Shown here: in pieces, positions 10,701 to 20,998 of the stretch
How the letters are laid out: each line of letters begins with the position of its first letter
How positions within the stretch are numbered: the stretch's first letter is position 1
NCBI GenBank assembly: GCA_000934665.2
Contig: JYFJ02000286.1
Span: forward strand, 62,001 to 126,000
Length of the DNA stretch: 64,000 nucleotides
Source of the DNA: Catajapyx aquilonaris
Lineage: Eukaryota
Reading direction: 5' to 3'
Made by a program: the position numbers and the translations under genes
Notes under the pieces: model-generated
Told to the model about the DNA's origin: nothing
Databases searched by the model: none
Seen by the model: only the letters and a program-made list of their open reading frames with translations

Positions 10701-13700
10701 AATGGGATGGAAATTTGGACATCATAAGCAAGTACACGGGAGCCAAATCCATGAAGGTTGTCACTGGTGAAAATGGAAGCCAGGAAGTTATGGTGGACAG
10801 TGCTGAAGCTCAAAAAATGTGCATCACTGATGAGACAGCCATTAAATTAGCTCAAATTGGAATTCAAGTGGAGAAGATGTGTGGCTCTCCAAGAGACATT
10901 GAATGGGCTGTCACCAAGGTGAGTGAGGATCATTGTAGTTATTTGAAGCTTCTATTCGCTTCTATTGTAACTCACTTTTACTGATCATTTAAAATGATTA
11001 GCATTTAATTCGTAGTGCAATGGTGTAATAATTGCTAATAGCAGGTTTTTAATGCACTGATACAGGAGTCAATATATCTTCTTCAAGTGCGTCCAATAGC
11101 AACACTTTATCAGTGGTCTAATTACGAGCTGAGTCATGAAATGGATACGTCTGTCTTGACTGATGATGACTGTTTTACAAAAGCCAACACAGGGTGAGTA
11201 ATTGTTATACAGTGTAAGCTATGTATGGCATCACATGGGACTCTAAAAACTTTCCCTAATGGACAAGTTTCCACTATATTAGACAGGGAATTAATAAAAT
11301 TCATGTCCTATGCGTATGCCTGTTCCCACAGGAAAAAGCCAGAAATGAACAGGTTCCCACTGTACTAAAGCCCTAAAGGTCCGTTATGGACTGGTTTCAC
11401 TGTAATGGGAAATCCATGTGGGAAATCAACAACTCAACCTTTATTTCAGTGCATGAAAAATCAAGAAATTTTAATATGCTCTGTTGTTGCAAGTACCGGT
11501 AATGCTTTTAAGTGGAGATTTGCCTCAAAAGAACAGAGCTTATTTTCTACAAATCCTACATTGTCACTAGGATTGTGAATAATAACCTGTATTGAGTTGC
11601 TGATACCTATCAGCAGTTTGATTTCTATGAGGGACCAGTATCCCAATACCCTACTTTGTTTCCAAGATTGTTGTTTGACCTTGTAACCTTCTGGAACCAT
11701 GTGTCTGATTTTTTTAAATGTTCCCCATGATAGGGCCTGAGGCTCTCTACGGGGGTTGTAATACCATCAATTTTATTGTCAATTTTTTGTGTTTTTCTTC
11801 AATAACCGTGCAAGGATAAAATTACATGAGGTAGGGATGGGGATTTCTGGGGAGGAGAGACAGGTGCAAGTGCAATGTCGGAAAATGGGTCATGTGCAGT
11901 CTCCCTGGAGGTTAGGTTACCAACACCTTATAGGCGCGGGTCCTGACGCAGGCGAAAGGGAACTCTCAGAGTCAGGCGGGGATCGAACCCAGGACCTTTC
12001 ACTCAGCAAGCCAAGTCATTGCCATCTTGGCCACCACGCCTCCCCCCATGTGTCAGTATTAATGCAGCAGAGTGTAGTAGTAGTTTACCAGAATATGGGC
12101 TTCTGAAAAGAAGCTATCGACATGGGTTCTTGCACATGGGGGTACATTTTTTGGTCATGGACTTTCTCACTACTAGGATACTTTGCATTAAATTAGGATG
12201 TGTGGGGGGGGTACGGTGGCCAAGATGTTAATGTCTCAGCTTGCTGAGCGGAAGGTCTCAGGTTTGATCCCTGCCTGGGAGGGTCTCTGACGTCTGACCC
12301 GCACCTTGGAGGTGTCTGGCAACCTAACCTGGGGAACATGACCCATTTATCGGTATTACACTTGCACCCACGTTCCCTCCCCAAAAATCCCTATCCTTAC
12401 CCAACTCCCCTGATTTTCCTGCACCAGAGTCTGAAGTAAAACAGAAAAATAACTGCTGAAAATGGTGGTGTCCCACCCCCTGAAGAGAGCCATAGGCTCG
12501 ATCACGGGGTAAGTGAAATTTCTTTTTTAAAAACAAATGGATGTGTGCAAAGGCTGAGCTATTGCCATTTCTGATCAGATTACTGTTTTAACAAAACTAA
12601 TTAATACTTGTACCCCCGTTAACCATTCCTTATCTAGCTCGTGAATTTCCCTCTTCCAGAGAAGTTTTGCCCAACTCAACAACACCTCTATCACTGTCTA
12701 CAGTGGTGAAAACATTAGATGCCTCATTCCAGTTGCACCTTCTCAAAGAATCTGGCCTGCCTTTTTTACCCCATGGAACGTCTATGGTTGGGGTGTCACA
12801 AATGCACGTGTTTCTGAATGTAGTGGATGTCTTTTTTAGGCTTAATTCCACTGCAGATTTCAATGATTCAATGAAAGCACTCAATGTGGCTGTTTTTGGA
12901 CACCTAGTATTCCCAGACAAACTCATTAAAACAGGGGTTGATAGATATGGGCTCCTCACCAGGGGTCAACAGTTTGCTCAGCTTAAGAAAACACTGAGGC
13001 TCTTTAAGCACTGCAGGAAGGATCTTGAGACCACCAAGAACAAATACAAGGGGTTTCAGATATGCCTGGACAGAACTGATAATCCACTTCAAATGTTGGA
13101 AGAGATTGAGAGGATCTTACCTGTCATGGCCAAGGTTTGCGAGATACACAGTACCATTTCAAGGGCATCCTCAAGCAGTCAGATATTCCTGTTCATGATG
13201 GTATGTGGTGGGAAAGGATGGGATGCAGATGTCTTAGCAACAGTGGCTCGGCTTCTGTCATCCTGCGTTGACGTTGTTTCTGTGCAGATACCTCGAGCAA
13301 TGAAGGTGTGACGAGCTAAGACGAAGCGTAATTTGTACTTCATAAAGTGGTGCTGCATTCAAGAACTTGGTGTTTCTCATGCAGGAAATTGCCAAAACTA
13401 TTCACACTGAGGGTGACTCCAATCACTTCCTGAGCTTGAACTCAGATGAAGCCAATGACTGGCTGAGGTCAAATGGAAGGAAATCTGGACAGCTCTATTT
13501 GAAATTCATAGACGAATTTGGGCATCATGGACCAAAGGAGGTATTTTGAATGTGATAAGCTTTATTTATGTACAAAGAACGGATTTCTAGGTTCTACAAA
13601 ACCCTCAAATAGGTAGGCATTTAGGTTCTGAAAACAGTTAAAATAGGCTCTTAAATAGGCATATATTTTCAGTTCCATGCAATACAGCAGGGCCTATCAA

Positions 13701-16700
13701 GACATTTTCGCCCTTTACGATGTCCTTTACAGGCGCGTAGGCAGAAATATTTTTGGAGGGGGGCTCAAGGGGGGACAAGCCGTAAAGGGCGGAGAGCAAG
13801 CCCACCACAGGCGAATTGGGTTTTTTTTTTTTTGGGGGGGGGGGGAGTTCAAGGTCACACAAGCTTAGGTGAATGTGGGAGATTTGAATGGGTGTGTACA
13901 GTAAAACTTCTATAAGTCGAATCTCCATGGGACCGGAAAAAAACTTCGAGTTACAGAACTCTATAAGGAAGCCTACTTTTATATCCAGCGACTCAAGGTG
14001 TTCAAAACTTAAAAATAACTGTCATTATTATACACTTACAATGTTCCTTGTTGTTTTGTTGTAAAAAAATCTCCGTTATGGACATTTGCCTACTCTTAGA
14101 TTCAAGGATTTAATTGTCACAATCGGGTCAAACACTTCTTTCAGTACGTCTGGTAGACGGAGATCAGGAAATTGAGCCTTTCTGTACATGTGGCCTACTC
14201 TCTAGACCCTTCGGCTGGGAAATTACAAAATATTTTCCGTCCTCGCCAACATGAACTTCGACTTAGGGAGACTGAAAATGCATTGATATCCCATCGTAAG
14301 GCCCTGCCAGCACTTCAAGTTACGGAGAACTTCGAGTTAGGGAAGTTCGACTTATAGAATTTGATGAAATTGGAATTTTGATGAAATTGGAAATTTGATG
14401 AAATTGGTAGCACTTTTTCCGAACATCATGAATGAGTAATTTCTAATGCTATTTCAAACTGTCCTGTATATCATCGCGGTCCAGACAAAATTGCATCGTG
14501 GTCCGGGTCAGGACCACGGTTTGCCAATTGAATCACCCTGCAATACACTTACTCCTGGCCATGTAATTTTGCAACACCGTAAAATATTAGCAATTGTTCC
14601 ACATTTTAGTTTTTTTATTATTATTTGTCGACGATGACTTTGTGACAGTACGACTTTATACACTGAAAAATGGCCTTTCGACGTCACACAAAGCAACTGG
14701 ATCATTCTTGTACAGCCAGTTCACCCGGCATGTTTATAGGCTACAGCCAGTGGTGGGCACAGCTAACCAAAAAATTAGATTTGCTAACAGCTAATCAGCT
14801 AACTGAAGACTTTGGGTTCACTGTGCTTTCCTATGTTTAACCGGCTTACCTCAGAGGAAAAGCACAGACATTGCAGTGGGTGGAAGGTAGTATGCATACC
14901 ACACTCTAACCCAGATGCTCAGACCATACCTGTTGCACCCTGACCTTGAACTTCCCTACCCATAAACAAGTCTAATTGATTCCTGCTGGAGCGGAAAGGG
15001 GGAAGTGGGTAATGCTGCTCAAAAATAACACAGGAACATGAATTAATTTTGTTAGCAGATTAGCATTTAGCAGCACAAAACTTAGCAAAAGCTAAGCCGG
15101 TTTAAAAGTTAGTGAAAACGCTAACCGGAAAGTTAGTACCGCTATTAGCGGTTAGCGGCGCTAATGCCCACCACTGGCTACAGCTTCTTCGCTATTCACA
15201 GGTTGAAGCGGGATGGATGACTTGAATGGGAAAAAAGTAAAAATTGCCGAAAATATTACGAAATTGTGTCAAAAAGGCGTAAATAGGCAATTTTAGGTTT
15301 TATAAAACTACGATTTTTGAGGTCTTTGTGTTATGAAACGGATAGATATTTTGGTTCCGGTGTTCTGCCTACAAAAGAAAAAGTAAGTAAAAACCTAGAA
15401 ATCTGTTCTTTGTTTATGTGCAGTACATATGTAAAATAATAAAATGCCGTACAAAATCAGTTTGACATGGGTGTCAAGTCGTGGAATATGGACCCCAAGG
15501 AGCCAGTGGGCATACTTCAGAGCATGTTAAAAAACCCTGACAGCCTTGAGGAAAGGGATGTTGCATCGCATGAGGACTTTGCAAAAACTCTGCTAGCATC
15601 CATGCCATGGCTTAAACGGTAAGTCGTCAACACTGTCATAAAAATAATTGTATACATCTGCAAATGTGATACATCCTCTGCATAATGTAGCTTCCAGCAT
15701 GCCGTCAGTACCTTTAAAAAATTTACGAGTTAAGGAACTTCATAATTACTCACTGAAGTCAGTGTTATTGAAATTACTTACTTGGAATGAGCATAAGCTG
15801 GTACTAGCTTCTGTTGCACCTAAAAGAGAGAAAACAGATTAAAATAACTTAAGATTGAATTTGAAGTCATCGTACATTTGTCGGCCTTCAAGCATTCAAC
15901 ATTTACCAAAACATCCTTTAAATTTTTACACCATCTGTACACTTGCCTTTTATTGCCACTCTGCATATGTGTAGCTTTATTCCACTTGTGTGCAGGTTTA
16001 AAAATTATATTAGATTCTGAAGCATTTTCATGTCTTGTGAGTCTCTTGCTCATACAGTGCTCTGGCTTCCTCTTGTGGAGTGGCAAAACGTAAAAGCCAA
16101 GTGGCAGACTGTCACAAATTTCTTTAACTTACTAAAAGGGAGAAAAATTTACAGAATGCTTTTTCTCTCAACTATTAGATTACTCTGCAGACATTTGCTG
16201 TCATTTTCACTGGCAGCAGTTGGGTATCGGGAGCAGAGCAAAACACTGCTTGTGCGCATGGTTGATCAGTTCCGGCAATCATACTCCATTCTGGGTAGTA
16301 CGCTTGTCAGGCAAGGTCAGCTACCAGATGCAGAACTAATTCATTTCTTCACACACTATGAGCTAAAGCAGCTATTACGGACTAGGAGTGCAGGACTGAT
16401 CCGCAAGTAAGTTACCAGAGTTAAATGTGCTGTGTAGAGTACACATAAATGAGGCTTAAGGCTAGTGAACTAAGGAACAGATGACCTTGCTAAGTGGTCC
16501 ATGCAAAGTTGCATGAAGTACACTTTATTACTGTCTCTAGTTCTGTGTGAAGTTTGATATCCTTGAACAAATACACGGGGTGTGCAGGTGTGTGTGTGTG
16601 TGAAGGAATATAAATTAAAATTGTTCTTCACAATCTCTGCCGTCAGATGTAAGAAGACCGTAACTCGAAAACCACTAAGGGCGAAAGTCGCATGCACGCC

Positions 16701-17264
16701 CTGCACTAATCCCCTCTGAGCCAGGGTGGATTAGTGCATGGCATGCATGCGACTTTCGCCCTTACTAGTTTTTGAGTTACGGTCTTCTTACAACTGACGG
16801 CAGATCTGCCCTCATCTCCCAACAGAGCTGTATCAAGACGCAGGCTTTATCCTGAGTGGGAATCCTTGCGATTCCCTGAGCTCTGCTTTGGCCACCCTTC
16901 CCCAGCGGTGCCTGAGGCCAGCAGTGTTGGCATCAATCCTGGAGTCCGATTAGTGGCAACTCCTGCCAGCGTGGGATTTGCAAAAGGAACTGCAAGAGTA
17001 GTTACAAACCTATCCGATGCACACACAATTCAGAAAGGAGACATTTTGGTGACATATGGAACCAATGTAGGGTGGACACCATACTTTGCATTGTTGTCGG
17101 GGGTGATCACAGAACTAGGGGGAACCATTTCCCATGGTACTGTGGTGGCCAGGGACCATGGAATTCCCTGCATTGTTGGGGCAGACAATGCCACACTAGT
17201 GTTTAAATCTGGGGATGTGATACAGATGGATGGAGCCAAAGGTTATGTTGAAAAGGTAGAGTAA
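7794..17264 (+). CDS. Putative phosphoenolpyruvate synthase-like protein (rifampin phosphotransferase / PigC-like architecture), ~1299 aa, 14 coding exons
   Basis: Exons 7794-8160, 8357-8516, 8591-8701, 8825-9168, 9257-9413, 9647-9973, 10052-10463, 10652-10918, 11066-11193, 12660-13305, 13385-13540, 15461-15618, 16179-16406, 16826-17264 (3900 nt, all phases compatible). PPDK_N ATP-grasp motifs VGGKGASL, AVRSSAVGEDSEELSSAGQNETFL, VIQEMV..AGVMFTADP, NYGLGESVVS, PRDIEWA, IYLLQVRPI. Central ANTGEVLP and GHHGPKEFDM motifs. C-terminal phosphohistidine swivel domain ELGGTISHGTVVARDHGIPCIVG. Confidence 0.9.
11210..11402. mobile_element. pogo/Tigger-like MITE in intron 9 of the PEP-synthase-like gene
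   Basis: TA|CAGTGTAAGCT ... CCGTTATGGACTGGTTTCACTG|TA, with internal TAATGGACAAGTTTCC repeats like those in 2949-3106. Confidence 0.55.
11708..12047 (-). mobile_element. tRNA-derived SINE, copy 1
   Basis: Minus-strand head GGGGGAGGCGTGGTGGCCAAGATGG (A box) ... GGTTCGATCCCC (B box). Body is homologous to 12205-12538, with an A-rich tail. Flanking direct repeats ATGTGTCTG (11699-11707) and ATGTGTCAG (12048-12056). Confidence 0.8.
12205..12538 (+). mobile_element. tRNA-derived SINE, copy 2
   Basis: Head GGTACGGTGGCCAAGATG ... GGTTTGATCCC. Shares ATGACCCATTT..ACTTGCACC..CCTCCCCA.AAATCCC and the 3' stem-loop CCCC..GAGCC-ATA-GGCTC..GGGG with copy 1. Perfect 9-bp TSD GGATGTGTG (12196-12204 / 12539-12547). 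Confidence 0.8.
13899..14359. mobile_element. pogo/Tigger-like MITE with truncated right TIR (nested)
   Basis: TA|CAGTAAAACTTCTATAAGTCGAA at left. TTCGACTTATAGAA at right lacks the last ~9 nt. Repeated TTCGAGTTA/TTCGACTTA subterminal motifs. Confidence 0.65.
14358..14407. repeat. Three tandem copies of a ~17-bp unit (core TTTGATGAAATTGG)
   Basis: aatttgatgaaattgg aattttgatgaaattgg aaatttgatgaaattgg is directly visible. Confidence 0.85.
14748..15176. mobile_element. hAT-family MITE (nested)
   Basis: Perfect 12-bp TIR CAGTGGTGGGCA / TGCCCACCACTG. Perfect 8-bp TSD GCTACAGC (14740-14747 / 15177-15184). Multiple subterminal GCTAA/TTAGC repeats. Confidence 0.9.
16637..16803. mobile_element. Palindromic fold-back MITE with 4-bp TSD (possibly Sola-type)
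   Basis: CTGCCGTCAGATGTAAGAAGACCGTAACTC ... GAGTTACGGTCTTCTTACAACTGACGGCAG; arms pair along almost the whole length; ATCT on both flanks. Confidence 0.75.
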
Positions 17265-18086
17265 GCTAAAATGTGATGTATGTTTGCATACTTCTGCTGA
17301 TACTACCTCAATCCAATATTTTTTCTTGGTTACAATATATTGTAATATGGTGAACTGGAGGGTAAATACATGAACTTTGGAAGGTGCGCTAAAGATCAAT
17401 TTTCATGGGATGCAGTAGTGATTAAGGTAGAGTATGTCTGCATCATAGTGGTAAAAAGGTCACATGGCACCATGACTCATGTCATTTACCTGCGCAAGTG
17501 CACAGCTCTATTCTAACAGTGGGAAACTGATACTTCTCTTACACCTTGTTTGCACAAATGCTTTTCAAGTGGATCTGCCCAAATTCATGCCTGTCCATAC
17601 ACGGGTCCACCCTCCTCCTCAGACCAAGAACAAACACCTCCCCACAAAGCTGATCACCAATGTGACCATATGAACATCGAATTCACTGCTACACCCTACC
17701 CACCATTGGAAGAGGTGGGGACTGCAACAACTGTTGCGCCAATCTGGAAGCAGCATAGAGACCAACCAATCCTAATTCCCAACTCTAGTTACTAGTTCCC
17801 ATAAACAGAGGCTTGAGGGCATGAGCCATGTGATCAAAGTAGCAGGCTAGTGTAGTATAAGTGCCACATTCAAACAGAGATCATAGGCTACCTTCCATCT
17901 TGCTCGAGTGGGAAAGTGGTGTGGCCGGGGAACCATGTGAACATCTACAATTAGTCAAGCAGAGAATGGACAGATCCACTCGAAAACACTTTCGAAGAAA
18001 ATGCTTTTTATAAAGTATCTTATTGCAGTATAGTAATTAATGTCAGTATTATGGTTAACTGCTGATAGCTCACCATTCGTGGGCCT

Positions 18087-20467
18087 TCAAACAACAATTT
18101 GTTTCTTGACATCAGCAATGAACTCTTCACAACGCTTGTACTCTTGAGGCATAAGTGCTTCCTCCTGATCAGCATCAAGAACAAGAACCTGTCAATAAGG
18201 CAACAGTGTGAGTTGACATTCATAAGCTTTCCATCACATTAAAACTTTAAAATGTGGGAAGCAAATTATTTCCTATAGGAAGGGTTCAGTATTTCATCAA
18301 ATTGGACTTGAATCAAGGACATTTCATGCAATGTCCATGGGTCTCTTAAGTAGCAATACTAGACTGTACATGATTTTTCAACTACGATTACAAGAAAGAG
18401 ACTCACAGGAGCAGGCCTCTCAAAGGCAGTCTTGTGAAAGAGCCAGTCTTCATGGAGCTGATGCAGGTCCCTCAAGTACTCAATTGGTATCCCTGCTTCT
18501 TCTGCCCGACGCCTAGACTCAATTCTCTTCTGAACAACCTCAGGTTTTGCTCGCAGATACACTGTCAATCAATAATAATTCAAATTAATGAAATCAGCTC
18601 ATCCTACTGGTATCTATTGAAAATCACGGAGGATCCCTTTAAGTCTTATTAATTATTACTATACCAATGAGATCGACGTTGGTGTTGAGGCTGGTTGTTA
18701 ACCAATCAAACCACTCAGATAAGACTGAGTACTCAGCACCTGACAGTTTTCCGCTCCGATGAAGGTTCTCAACAAAGCAGTATCTGCAAATTTGTGTGAT
18801 TTGTAAAAAGTTATGCCTGTAATCTTCATATTTACAACATTGCAACATCATAACTGTATTCCAGCGACACTTAGGAGCACAGCACAATTTCTTTAAAACT
18901 GATTTGGTAAGTAAAAGATTAGCAAATACAGTTGAATCCAGACACAACAGACTTCAAGGGACAATGGGAAAAAGTCTGTTATAAGTGAGGTTAGTTATAG
19001 CCAAATCGCTACTTTTGCAATGAATACGCAAAGTTTTCTGCTTTGCACATGTTTATAATGTGCTCTGCTTCATTTATTAATGAAACTATTCACAAAAATG
19101 CAAAATTAGCTCACCCATAAATTAGACAGGACAAAAAAATCAGTAATTTTCTTCTGCCATCTCCTTGTTGCCAAATATACCAGAAAACTCATGATTTTGA
19201 GTAACTTAGATCAGTGGCAGATGCGAAAATTACCCCCCTGCTCCAGTATTCTCTGCTTTTCTGCACATCGAAAAGGAAGTTCAATAATTGAAAACAGCAT
19301 ATTTTCCTGCATAGGGGCCAAAAAATAGTCTGTTATATCAGAGGAGTAAAAATACACAGGGCCTTATGGAAGTGTGGCGGGCTTTCGAGTATGTTATAAC
19401 CGAAAGTCCGTTATAACCGATGCTGTTATATCCAGAGTCAACTGTATGCAGTAAAACACAGTTAATCTTTCTCAGAATATAGGAAAATCAGTTTTCCACT
19501 TTTGCAACTTTTTAGTTAAAATAATATTATCACAAGTTTCACATCATGAACAATAATAACTCAGCTTACTTTGCACTAAAGATACTTCTCTCCATCATTT
19601 TCACTGCATGACTGGTCTGAGTAGTGTGGTTCTGAAGCATTGTGAGCTGGACGTAAGACTGGAATGTGCATCCCCAACGTGACTGATCCCGGTACATCAA
19701 ATCCTTGAAAGAGAAAAAGTTACATCAATAGTAGGATGTACAATAAAACCTCGAGATAACACTCTTCTAGGGACCGCCCAAAAGTAGCGTTATAAGCCGG
19801 ATAGCGTTATATCGAGGTTTTACTGTAATTCATTGTACAGCAACTAGTCAAGGGATGCTCCCATTAGAGGACAATAGGAATGGTTGCTATCTACTGTGAT
19901 GATTGCTGCAACAGAAACCAAGCAAGTTTAAAAAGGCAGTTAATTACCAGTAAGTTGTGGCCCTGCACGCTCCTCCACTTCTTGACTGGCTCATCCACAA
20001 TGTAAACATCTGGTGACTTGTCAAAGTGCTTGAGAAAGGTGGTCTTCCCGCATCCAATGTTTCCTTCCACACTCACAGTGAACTGGTGGAAGTTGGCGCA
20101 ATTGGGTAATGGCCTCATGGTTGGGCACCCTGAAGAGCAGCAGTAGTAGTACAATATTAGTAGCTGAACAAAAGTATACATGCCAATACTGAATAACATA
20201 ATCCCAGATATTTCAATGGCAATCTGCACCTTCGCCTCAGACCCTCCCTTGTATATGGACACCCCCACTTGTCACTACACACAGTTGCAGATATGAGTGA
20301 TCACAATGCATGGGCAGCATACCCAAGGTGCGTGGAGTAACAGCAGAGGAGGAGGAGGAGGCAGCAGAGACCAGTCCTTTCCAACCCCCTGACCGATGTC
20401 CGCAGTGCTGTGGGTGACGAACAGGGCGCAACAGGCCCACCCGGCAGAGGCAGATACCGACACGCAT
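18087..20467 (-). CDS. dnk: Deoxynucleoside kinase (dNK / mitochondrial thymidine kinase 2 family), ~278 aa
   Basis: Exons (minus strand) 20467-20323, 20129-19948, 19703-19570, 18783-18665, 18561-18407, 18188-18087 give 837 nt in frame. P-loop [52 protein letters not shown] lid, [20 protein letters not shown]. Confidence 0.92.
18929..19444. mobile_element. pogo/Tigger-like MITE in a dNK intron
   Basis: TA|CAGTTGAATCCAGACACAACAG ... CTGTTATATCCAGAGTCAACTG|TA with repeated GTTATA subterminal motifs. Confidence 0.7.
19741..19825. mobile_element. Minimal 85-bp pogo/Tigger-like MITE in a dNK intron
   Basis: TA|CAATAAAACCTCGAGATAAC ... GTTATATCGAGGTTTTACTG|TA. Confidence 0.75.
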
Positions 20468-20998
20468 CCAGACAAAGGCAGCCCAACGGTCAATTTGAAT
20501 GAATCAAACGAGGAAAAGGGGTGGAGGTGGAGACAATGGGAGAGAAAAAAAACTTTGAGCGGGAGACGATGTCTTTTGAACGTGGTGGAGGCCGCATCCG
20601 AATTGCAACATATCATTGCCTCCGATTGCGTCATGTACTTGTCGAAATAATCATTAAATCAATTGTGCAGCATTGAAATGTTTGAATTGGGCATTGAATT
20701 GCTTCTCTGACATTAACGTCAGTCAGTGAGTGAATTGAGAGGTCAAAACGGGTCAAAGTCATGGTTAAATGACCTCGCCCCACTAGTTCATCCGATGGCC
20801 GCCGAAAATATGACATCAGTTAACAATATTTAATGTAGTAATTACCATGGTAATTACAATGGCGTTTTAAAATGTAGGAGCACGTTTTAGAGGAGCGGTG
20901 CAACATTAGTATAACATTGGTGCAACCCCAGTCAGTGATGCCAACAGCAGATGACGGCGAACAGCAGCAGCAGCAGCAGCAGCAGCAGAGAGGGGAAG
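20468..20998. promoter_or_regulatory. Bidirectional promoter region between dNK (-) and morgue-like (+)
   Basis: Start codons are head-to-head about 530 bp apart. Local CpG enrichment; YY1-like ATGGCG/ATGGCCGC motifs (GATGGCCGCC, CAATGGCG, AAGATGGCCGC). Confidence 0.6.
20962..20988 (+). repeat. (CAG)9 microsatellite in the morgue 5' region
   Basis: Run of cag repeats directly visible; encodes poly-Ser if the upstream ATG at 20951 is used. Confidence 0.85.

Larger units (their letters stand above)
13573..15412. mobile_element. Non-autonomous DNA transposon with 8-bp TSD (hAT- or P-like), hosting nested insertions
   Basis: TIR CAAAGAACGGATTTCTAGGTT / AACCTAGAAATCTGTTCTTTG (20/21 match); flanks TTTATGTA / TTTATGTG; subterminal (A)ATAGG/TTAGG repeats. 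Confidence 0.75.

Noticed and set aside
12205..12280. tRNA gene
   Set aside because: A/B boxes are present but the cloverleaf is degenerate and continues into a SINE body with TSDs.
12480..12505. CTGAAGA-GAGCC-ATA-GGCTC-GA looks like a hammerhead ribozyme core
   Set aside because: The required GAAA is GATC here and TATC in the second SINE copy, which also lacks CTGANGA; better explained as a SINE 3' stem-loop.
14358..14407. CRISPR-like direct repeats
   Set aside because: No unique spacers, only three short adjacent units, eukaryotic context.
7794..17264. Bacterial contamination or recent horizontal transfer of a ppsA gene
   Set aside because: 13 spliceosomal introns, host-type transposons in the introns and flanking animal genes; the domain order is also not that of PpsA.
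17690..17800. TVAPIWKQHRD..PNSSY resembles the LINE reverse-transcriptase 'V.PI.K.GKD....SYRPI' motif
   Set aside because: Too short and degenerate to support without a profile search.
17264..20467. Functional operon-like link between the dikinase and dNK
   Set aside because: Convergent orientation in a eukaryote; adjacency alone is not evidence.
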